A DNA stretch of 64,000 bases, taken from NCBI GenBank assembly GCA_000002445.1, contig CM000208.1, positions 2,240,001 through 2,304,000 on the forward strand, in the 5' to 3' direction. The position numbers and the translations under genes are program-made. This document shows positions 55,683 to 64,000 of the stretch, piece by piece; the stretch's first letter is position 1; the number at the start of each line of letters is the position of its first letter. Source of the DNA: Trypanosoma brucei. Lineage: Eukaryota. The notes beneath the pieces are model-generated. The model was not told the DNA's origin. It did not search any database and worked only from the letters and a program-made list of their open reading frames with translations.

Positions 55683-55711
55683 TGCTGCTGCTGCTGTTGT
55701 TGTTGTTGTTG
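55683..55711. repeat. (CTG)4(TTG)5 trinucleotide repeat
   Basis: ctgctgctgctgttgttgttgttgttg in the ORF-free region downstream of NDH2. Confidence 0.85.
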
Positions 55712-58550
55712 AGGGGATCCAAAAGGTCGTTGCAGTTCAGTGGTGGTAACTTCGTGTTGGATGGGTTTCACTCATCTTAAAGGAAAGCGGACGAAGGAAT
55801 AATAGCAAAGGGAAAAAAAAACAAAACAAAAGGAGCTAAGCTTATCACATTATTCACTGCTGAGTGGTAGGAGGGAGGTGGGAGAGAAAGAAAAACTGAA
55901 TGAAGAAGGTAATGTTCACATATTATTATTTATTTATTATTATTATTTTTTACAGAGAACTAATCATTGATAATGTATGTGTGTTTGTTTCCACTAGTTT
56001 TCCTGTTGTTGATGTTGTTTTAAGCAAAAAAAAAAAGGAGGCGGGAAACAAGCGCCGATGCCGCTACTGCTTTGGTGGCAGTGGGGTGCGGCAGTAGTGA
56101 TGGCAGCCCATTGATAAGTTACCGTTACGTAAAACATTTATTGCGTCCCTACAGCGCGAAAGTTTCCACACAAAAATAACGTCTCTCCTTCAGAGACCCT
56201 GTTAACTATGTACTCCACTCTGAAACAAAGAGTAATCGGTTCATGTGGCAGCATTCCCTTCTGTATTTCTAACACCACTACTTCATCTCTTTCACCTCTT
56301 TTAATTTCCAACACGCATTCAAGCCATGAGCTGGTACGACCCGAAAGTCTCGTAAGCAATGACAAAAAAAAGGATGAAATGGATGTGAACATGCATATAT
56401 TATTAAACAAATAAATATATGAGAGAGGTTGGTTGCACCAGCCTTTGGCACGTATTGAGCTGAAGAAAGCCTACCGAAGGGGGAGAGGACTGCAGCGAAC
56501 TGAATGGGGTGGGTCCAAACAATGAGAAGTGGTCGCGACGAGGACCCGTCAATTTGTTTGTTTGTTTTGTTTTGTTTTGTTTTTTTTGGTGGAGGGAGGA
56601 AGCGAATACGCCCGTAAAAAAGGTGTAATCTTATGAGCCTGCATTACTTTTTAGCCCGTGCAAAGGGGGTTTGTGGCGGGTTAGTGGACGGAAATGAAAC
56701 TGTTGCAGTGGCTCCTGCGCAGCTCTCCTTTCATCACCCGCTCCATTTAGCGGGTCATAGCTGTGTTTGTCGTAGCAAAGGGGTGATGCATGTTGGGGTA
56801 AACAATACAATATTTTGGTAGCGTTATACGCTGCTTTGTGTGGGGTGGCACAAATGCAAGTGTTGGTCTCTGTTCTCTTTACTAGAATAATATATGAAGG
56901 GAGCAAGTCAGTCAGCAAATTGCTGGGAATCCGTCGCTGCATCTCTGTCAATGGTTCCCACCACCGCCGTACTCCGAGACGGGGACCGCAGCTGATTGAC
57001 ACGTAGCCTTCAAGGAGTCTGTGACGGTTTTACTTGATGGGTGGAAGCCCTTTCCACTGAGGAGACTGCTGAGAATGTGAAATGCCCATTGGTGAGAAGT
57101 AATAGCGAGGAACCCACCGAGCCTCACAGTATCTGGGAAAGAAAATAACAGAAATAATTATGGTAAATGAAAACCGGGGAAGCTACCCGCCTTCGTCCCT
57201 TCCACAAACATATTAATAGCACATCGACTCATTCGTAAGAGATATTTTAATGCTGCTGGGCCAATGTTGGTGAAGTTAGAAGTGGTTTCCTTATCTTGGT
57301 GGCAGACGGGAAGAGGAATATTAGGGACATCCCGTCCCAGTCTTTTTCCACACTATTACCTTCTAAAATTGTGTTTGAACCTCCACAAAACCAAGAAGCT
57401 AACATCGTAATGGGGCATGCCACACGGTGGTGAGAGGAATTGTGTGTGGAAGGAGGCGGAGTTGGCCACGCCAAGGGGAAGGAAAGGGGGGAAGATTATA
57501 AGAGGCAAATAAAACATTACTTAAAAGTGACAGTCAATATCGAAACATGCAGAAAACGTTGTTAAGGGATTGTGTGTCCACAAGGTCATCCAATTGATCA
57601 ATCGTTGGGTAGCTCAAGGAGTTATTATGCTGATTTGGTTGAATACGAACCCCTCGAAAGGCTCAAACACTTCAGTTGGTTGAGAGGTTGCGCGCACAAA
57701 TCACCGTTCCAACAGGACTGCAGAAAGATGCATCAAGTGGAAAATAAAACAAAGAAGACTTAAACGGTGAGAAAGGCTGGCAAATGTGCCACTGCACGCT
57801 ACTCAATCTTGACTAACGGTACTTCCAAATTAAATGTATATCATGGAACGGGAGTCATTATATTTAGCAGGAAAGGCGATGTAACTGAATTCTACAAGGG
57901 TTTTAGTGGGTTGGCTTGTAGTTATCGTGAACAAAGGTGACGCGATGGAAATGAATTTCAAGGGGCTATTGAAAACGATGCGACACGAAGTAAATGTGGC
58001 CATGCTAAATATTTTCATATCACTTCCCCCTCGCCGCCGTAAAGGTAGAATTTTTTGCATCATGTGGAAATCCACCCTTAAAGTCACCAACCGTCAGGTG
58101 TTCGTCTTCATGCAGCACAGTTTTTCTTTATTTTTTTTTATATTTTTGTCTCGCTGCAACGGAGGGGATCACAGAAGTGAATATGTTGGAGTGCATCGCC
58201 CCAAGAATTTGGCAGCAAAACAGTGGTAGCACTTCAAATTTGGTTTTTTTGACTATATTCACGACTGGAATAATAACACTGGTAATATAAAAATACGGCA
58301 ACGAATAATCGGACGAAATTTTTTTTCGAAGTACCACGTAAACTGTACTTTGTGTGTGCCATCAAAACAGAAACAAATCGTTATTTAAAAAAAAATAAAA
58401 ATACTTTCGGATACCCAGTGACATGTCTATTATTTTTACTATTTTGTTTTATTTACCCTCTTATTTATTTGTGGTTTTGAAAAAAAAGAAATACTTTGTG
58501 CATAATCATACAGACACAGTACAGTTTAGAGGTTGGGTTGCTAAGATAAT

Positions 58551-58745
58551 ATGAAAAAAGGCAACCGTCGCGGCCGCTACCGAAAGAGACGAAGCTCGAG
58601 ATCGCCTTTATTTTGGGTTGCGTTGGCTGCATTGGTTTTGTTGACTTTGTCGACAGGGTTGAATGTATGGCTTGCTGTTGAGTACGCATCCAAGAAAAAG
58701 GTGGAAACCAATTTGGAGCTGGCCGAGAAGGCATGCGGATTATAG
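58551..58745 (+). CDS. candidate small single-TM protein (64 aa), unverified
   Basis: ATG ORF MKKGNRRGRYRKRRSSRSPLFWVALAALVLLTLSTGLNVWLAVEYASKKKVETNLELAEKACGL: basic N-terminus, one clean TM helix, short C-terminus. It is preceded by a polypyrimidine tract (58430-58480) and AG. It is the only plausible coding signal in a 4.7 kb ORF-free stretch. Confidence 0.3.
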   Translation: MKKGNRRGRYRKRRSSRSPLFWVALAALVLLTLSTGLNVWLAVEYASKKKVETNLELAEKACGL

Positions 58746-59096
58746 CGTTGCCATGCTAGGCAGGTACCAACCTTGTTCTCCCTGTGGTGATGCACATTTA
58801 TAATGGACTTTTTTTTTTAGTTGTTGTTGTTACATTGTCGGTACATGCGGAAGAAGGATTGTTAGTGAATTTCTTTGTGTGTTTATTTCTCACAGGCTGT
58901 TGCGGCAAAAGTATTAAATTCCTTCTATTGTGTGAACCTACAGGACAAAGGAGGAACAGGGATGGTTTGCTTTTAAAACGATGCCACCATTTTTCTTCTA
59001 TGTTGTGCACATATGCGTTGTTGAATAAAATGAAGTAAAGAGCCCGGCCGAGTGGAGTGGCGCGGTGTGGGAATACATAAAAATAATAATAAGAAC

Positions 59097-59849
59097 ATGA
59101 GCACCTTCGCGGTACTAAATGGTGTCATAATATTAGCGGTATTCGTTGTAACCGCTGCTTGCTTAGATGATCAAAAGCCTATAAGGGAGGGAGGGAAAGC
59201 GCTGAGTGGAGAGGCTGCAAAACATCTCTGCCGCATCAAACAGATAAGTGAATTGCTCGGAAGCCGTGCAGAGTTTGAGCTAATTAGGGACGGATCCAAG
59301 TTTACCAGCGAGCGACAAGTCCTTCGTAATGTCCAGGATAAAATAACGGAAGGGGTCAAAGGCATAAATGAGTTGTTCGGTAGGCACTGTCGGCGAGTGT
59401 CCTTGGGAATTGAAGGAGGTGGGAGCGACATGCTTTCCAACCCAAATTGCGAAGATAGCGATAAAAAAGAGGGAACGGGGGAAGCCACTGACCAAGGCAG
59501 TGGGACGCTGTCTGAAGAGGGTATTATCCAGTGCGAACACGGTAATTTTCTGCGTGATTTCCTAATTCGGGGTGCCCTCGAGGCATACAGAAGTCAAATG
59601 GAGCAGTGGGAAAAGAAAAAACCGACAGAAGGAAACAAAACGAGTACGGAGGTTAAAGGGGATGAATCGTCAAAAAAACACGAGGACCAATGCCAGCAGA
59701 TGGGATACAGCGTTCATGGGGCCTGCACCGTATCAGAGCAAAAATGGAGGCAACATCTGGAAGAGGCTGTGAAGCTCATGGAAGGCATAATTGTAGTGAA
59801 AAAGGAAGACGTTTGTGGGGTATCAAAAGAAGGGGAGACGCAAAAATAA
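59097..59849 (+). CDS. hypothetical secreted protein (signal peptide, 8 Cys, Lys/Glu-rich)
   Basis: The track start is GTG 59052; the first ATG is at 59097 (MSTFAVLNGVIILAVFVVTAACLDD, a signal peptide). The mature part is hydrophilic with no C-terminal TM or GPI-like hydrophobic tail. No family recognised. Confidence 0.5.
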   Translation: MSTFAVLNGVIILAVFVVTAACLDDQKPIREGGKALSGEAAKHLCRIKQISELLGSRAEFELIRDGSKFTSERQVLRNVQDKITEGVKGINELFGRHCRRVSLGIEGGGSDMLSNPNCEDSDKKEGTGEATDQGSGTLSEEGIIQCEHGNFLRDFLIRGALEAYRSQMEQWEKKKPTEGNKTSTEVKGDESSKKHEDQCQQMGYSVHGACTVSEQKWRQHLEEAVKLMEGIIVVKKEDVCGVSKEGETQK

Positions 59850-62800
59850 ATGCGGGTGACAGTGGAAGGCAATGGGGAAGTGGGGTGTAGGGAATGCCTT
59901 TTGTTTTCATTTCTTTCTTTGGGGTCCGTTGGTATCGGTAGCTGCAGGCATATAGTTGCTTGAAAGTGTGCGAGGGTAACTGCGGACGTATATGTAAATA
60001 TGCACAAATTTGTGCTTTTTCTTATTCCGGGTATTTAGGTGTGAATTATGTGTTCCCTGGAGGTAGAGTGTCATCCATATGCGTGCCCTTTGGTAGGACA
60101 CGATCTAAGATAAGGTGTATTGCGTTGGTATTCGTGATTTTTGAAGTGAGTTTCCACCGGAAAGTGTGCGTTTGTACTTAACTATTATGTCCCCCTTCTC
60201 CTTTGTTAAGGTAAGGGGGTTGAATGAACTCTGAAGCGTAAGTGTGCAGAAGTTGGCCGGAGCTCATCGGCCGTTAGGGTGCATTGACGTTTAGAAGATA
60301 AGAGGAATGAGAGCAGCGATTAAATCTTGTGCATCAACAAAAGTCAGATATCATGTGTGAGAGGGCGTGATGCAGGGAGGCAACACTAAGTTTCCGCAAA
60401 GTAATATCGGGGGCAATTCTGTAGTGTTGGTGCAGACTCCGCATTGAATCGAGAATCGGCAAATTGGGGATAGCGGTTCGGTTACCTCCCGTGGTTAGGT
60501 TAGGTGAGGAAAAGCGAAGAGGGGAAATGCACTGAATTGGGGGGCGGGAGCTGGTGACGCCTCAACGATCTTAATGCATAGCGTGACCCCTGTGTACCAA
60601 GCCGTGACGTAAGAGGACGTCATGCATTCGCAAAAGAACGAAAGCAGTTATGGCGTGTGGTGGGGGAAACGCGTACGGGTTTGAACGTGATGCCAGAGTT
60701 TTGGGTCAATACAAGGGGAACACACCAACGAGGGCAACAAGAACTGCTGCAACACGTGGTGAAGCGCAAGACAAGTACCACACCTTCCTTTTCACAGATG
60801 GGTGTGTGGATTGTAGCCCTCTCCCTGCAAGAAAGTAAGGTGCACCACACGAATTACCGATGTTGGTCGAGTTGACGCTTTTCCTCCCCGCCAGTTGAAA
60901 CGGGGGAGAGCAGGGTAGCCCGGGGGGCATTGGATCCCTCCAAATGATGGAGATAGCCTCGCTTTGTGTAGGGCTGAAATCTGAAGGCAAGCACAAATAC
61001 GCTTAGCATGTAAGTGGATCCGCACTCACGAGTGCCTGGGAATGGCATAACCGGATGACGCACAGGCAATCGATGTGAGGAGCAAGGAGGGGAGATGTTG
61101 CCGCCAACGAAGATTACCGGTCTTGAATACACAAGGGTCGTGAATGATAGGGTGCAAACGAAAGGATTGGGAGAGAGAAGATTAGTTGTGCTTCGTTCCC
61201 GGGGGGGAAAAGCAGTCAAGGAATAGGGTATAATTGAATGTAGGAAACCTGCTTCCTGTCGTGAAAGGGGAAATCAATGACCGCAGGAAATTATCCTATC
61301 CGCAGTAAATCGTATTGGTGCATGTTAACAGTTCCAAGGAAAGAAGTGAGGAGGACCTGGTTTTGCCTCACAAGAGCACTTTTTGGAGGGAGCTACACCA
61401 CGCAAAACGACAATTTTGAGCAGTTTTGGGGGGTAAGGAGACTTGATTTGGGGAGGCGGAGGAGAGGAGTCTAATGTTCATTTAGCAGCGGTGGGCCGGT
61501 GAAGAACGGAATTGTGTATGAACGGACCGCAAGTGGTAAAGTTTCCAGAAAGCGATGGAAGTAAGTGCTAATGGTCGGGACGGCCCTCGGAAGCAGCACC
61601 AGGAGCAAAAGGAAGGGGGAAAAGATGCCGAAATATTTATTGTTACATTGAAAATGGTGCACTTTATGTCGTACATTTCTGTTGTGAACAAAACCGTAAG
61701 AATAAACAAACATAACTTTATCCTGATCCCAACCGAACGAAAGAGTAAGGGAAAGGGAGATGTGTTTAAGATCAACTTCTTTTTCCATCGGTTGCTAAAT
61801 GCGTCGCCAGAGGTTTTGTTCATAAATCCCGTCTTTTGAGCATCGATGACGCCGTCGGAAGACGGCTTTTATGAAGTACCGCCTCCTCGTAGGCGACACT
61901 TGTCTTCTCCCATTCATTGCTGGTAGTTAAAATATTCATACTTGCCTAAAAGTTCTGCATCGTATGCACAATCTTAACACCATCCAACATCATACATTTG
62001 GGCGTATTTGCGCGTATCTTCACTTATATATTCCAGCAGCTCCTCTTGCCGTGACCCCTTCCTCCGAATCGTGTCTTCGTGCCGGCAATAAGTAGTATTG
62101 CGTTGGCTAAAAGCATCGCATCTGTGGTCAAATATTTAAAATGTGTGTAGTACATTGGAGGTGTACTGTGTGTTTTTCCCTTCGGACATGCAACCTGGAT
62201 TCAAAAATGCAGAGAAAACGTCGTTCGGTATTATATTCACGCACATTGGCAACTAATTCGTTTATTTTCGTTGCTGTAGGGTAACAAATGTCGCCAGGGG
62301 TCTCCGAAGCAAGGTGGTGAAGTGGACAAGGGTTCACCGGTTCCGTCCACAATTTTCTGGATAATGCGAGTGTTAATGAAAGGACGGAAGGGGACACAGT
62401 TAAAAATGACGACACCCAAGTAAAAAGTAACAGCGGTCATATCCCGCGAGTTTGTGACGCAGTTGCGGCGGCCAAGCTTTTCTCCGCGTAGTGTAGGGCG
62501 CCTACCGCTGGGATACTCGATTGTATCCGTGCCTACGTTGGTTTTGATAGGGTGCCGTGAACATGTGCCGACATAGACTTGGATTTACAAAAATATGCAG
62601 CGTGTTGGTGTTTGCGAGGGTACTGCAACACTGGTGCTTGATGGGGTTAGGTGTTGTTTTTTTTTTTTTGCGCAACCAGACAGAAAAAAAGAGGTCGTAG
62701 AATATGAACGGAGATTCGAGTGCGCCAAGAGTACTCAATTAATCTGGCACCATGCAGGGGAAGATCACGCCAACGACGCTTTATGCGGCTGGAAAATTTT

Positions 62801-63110
62801 TTCTACGTCTCAGATGGAAGTTGTGGCAAAACGGGGAAGTAAAAGACGGGGGATTGTAAGAGGTGGATGAAAATGGGCAAAAAGAAAACTCGCTAAGCAA
62901 TTCGCGCACAGCTGTAAGCCACGTGAGGGATGCATGACCTGGGAGGGTTACATTTAAATCTTCGAGGATAAATAGCCCGTATGGGCGGTAGAAGAAAGTA
63001 GGGATATACTGACATCTAAAAGCAGGACTACGACTGTTAGCGTCACCAACCTCCGGGACGCTATGTATGTGAGGGAGATTGATCGGTAGTGGAGAGTGTA
63101 CGGGTTTGTT

Positions 63111-63440
63111 ATGAAGCGAAAAATTATGAGCCTTGACTACGAAACTCGGTATTTTCATTATCCTTATGGAAAGGTGATCAAAAGGGGTGCCATACTACAT
63201 TTTGCGGGGTCGAGTAACGTGTGGAAGGAGACAATACCCAGGTACCTCAGCGAGATGAGTTGGTTCAAAGCTCTAAAAAATTCTTTCACAGAACGAGAGG
63301 CTTACAGGCGGCTGCTAGAAACAACTTCCGTTGAAATACACTCTGCAAGGGGTGCCTTTAGGTATGTAAAGCTCGGTACTGTGTGCCCCATCTCTAACGT
63401 TTCAAACCCAAATTGGTTATCTGGGGAGTTGAGAAAGTAA
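63111..63440 (+). CDS. small hypothetical ORF (109 aa), weak
   Basis: The track start is TTG 63096; the first ATG is at 63111 (MKRKIMSLDYETRYFHYPYGK...). No domain recognised. It lies in a region otherwise lacking ORFs and could be spurious. Confidence 0.25.
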   Translation: MKRKIMSLDYETRYFHYPYGKVIKRGAILHFAGSSNVWKETIPRYLSEMSWFKALKNSFTEREAYRRLLETTSVEIHSARGAFRYVKLGTVCPISNVSNPNWLSGELRK

Positions 63441-63534
63441 TGCATACGGTCAATCTGCATTGAAGATTACACCCGTAATCCGCGGCACATCGCATCGCAC
63501 TCTCTTATCCCTTACATACTCATTGCAGAAACTG

Positions 63535-63558
63535 ACGTTTTATTTTTGTTTTCAGGAA
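63535..63558 (+). promoter_or_regulatory. polypyrimidine tract + AG acceptor abutting the start codon of the terminal partial gene
   Basis: gacgttttatttttgttttcag|gaaATG. Confidence 0.45.
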
Positions 63559-64000
63559 ATGTTGAGGAGGATCAAGGGTATTTCAACTCGTAAAAAGGGA
63601 GGGAGATTATATTTAATAGTGATTGCGCTGCTGATAGTGGTCGGGGTTATGGCGACAATGGATATAAGAAGTAGTCATACGGAAACCGGTCACGGGTTGA
63701 GAAAAGAAAATTTCCACAGTAGTTATGCACCAAGGATTAGTTATGTTGTGGTGCAAAACAGACCCTCCCCAGGGTGGTGTAGAATGCTCTTAAGCTCTAT
63801 ACTCACCAATGTGTCGGTGCTTACGTTGGGTGTGGAGGGTAAGTACGGGCATGTAAGAAGATGGACCTGGATATATAATTATGTATGGCGGGGAGAAGCG
63901 CGTGAGAGCGATGTGATTGTGATATTCGATGGGGGAGACACTTTTTTCACAGAAACACATTTAAGAGAAGATGCCATGAAGTATTTTCTGGCAACAACGC
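63559..64000 (+). CDS. 5' part of a type II membrane protein gene (runs off the window), possible Golgi glycosyltransferase-like topology
   Basis: ATG at 63559 immediately follows the polypyrimidine tract and AG (ttttatttttgttttcag). It translates MLRRIKGISTRKKGGRLYLIVIALLIVVGVMATMD... with a short basic cytosolic tail and a signal-anchor TM, then ...VIVIFDGGDTFFTE... There is no stop before the window end, so it is not in the supplied ORF track. Confidence 0.55.
   Translation, partial: MLRRIKGISTRKKGGRLYLIVIALLIVVGVMATMDIRSSHTETGHGLRKENFHSSYAPRISYVVVQNRPSPGWCRMLLSSILTNVSVLTLGVEGKYGHVRRWTWIYNYVWRGEARESDVIVIFDGGDTFFTETHLREDAMKYFLATT

Noticed and set aside
59097-59849. VSG/ESAG-like surface antigen fragment
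   Set aside because: It has a signal peptide and Cys residues. I could not align the characteristic VSG N-terminal Cys pattern, and there is no C-terminal GPI signal, so I did not call it VSG-related.
61165-61200. U6 snRNA-like motif (agagaagattag)
   Set aside because: Only a ~12 nt match to the U6 ACAGAGAAGAUUAGCA region. It lacks the exact ACAGAGA box, the 5' stem-loop and the terminal T-run, and no companion tRNA is present. Judged a chance match.
1-64000. Prokaryotic-style novel system (defence island, CRISPR, toxin-antitoxin, operon)
   Set aside because: The sequence is eukaryotic (trypanosomatid) by gene content, unidirectional intron-less long ORFs and spacer architecture. No repeat-spacer arrays, integrases or bacterial promoters/terminators were seen. 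The bacterial-family genes present (TylF-like, NERD) are single genes within a eukaryotic PTU.

Overview
This 64 kb window does not look prokaryotic. It looks like a trypanosomatid nuclear chromosome segment, most like Trypanosoma brucei. Every supportable protein-coding gene is on the + strand, as a head-to-tail array with no introns, consistent with a single polycistronic transcription unit. Genes are separated by T-rich, low-complexity spacers (polypyrimidine tracts followed by AG, (TA)n, (GT)n, (GA)n, homopolymers) typical of trans-splicing and polyadenylation regions. Genes I recognise with good confidence: O-phosphoseryl-tRNA(Sec) kinase (PSTK), selenophosphate synthetase (SPS2), an SF1-like KH protein, a BCS1-like AAA ATPase, PRPP synthetase, a type II NADH dehydrogenase (NDH2), an L-2-hydroxyglutarate dehydrogenase-like FAD oxidoreductase, two tandem PAQR/hemolysin-III paralogues, a beta-adaptin-like subunit, a p24/emp24 cargo receptor, a SEP+UBX (p47-like) protein, a TylF-like O-methyltransferase, a short CAP/Srv2-like actin-binding protein, a PSP1-C domain protein and a NERD-domain protein. 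About nine further long ORFs are hypothetical proteins. From memory only, with no search run, the order SF1, SPS2, BCS1-like, PRPS, NDH2 and PSTK twelve genes upstream matches T. brucei chromosome 10 synteny. The supplied ORF track allows bacterial GTG/TTG starts. For several genes the real ATG start is downstream of the listed start, and I give corrected coordinates. Nearly all minus-strand ORFs are antisense shadows of + strand genes. I found no tRNA, rRNA, CRISPR, transposon or prokaryotic-style defence/operon system, and no convincing novel system. The most unusual things are an ORF-free 4.7 kb stretch downstream of NDH2, a 3.2 kb non-coding block around 59.9-63.1 kb that lacks low complexity, a bacterial-type TylF methyltransferase gene, a NERD-domain membrane protein, and the selenocysteine-pathway gene pair.
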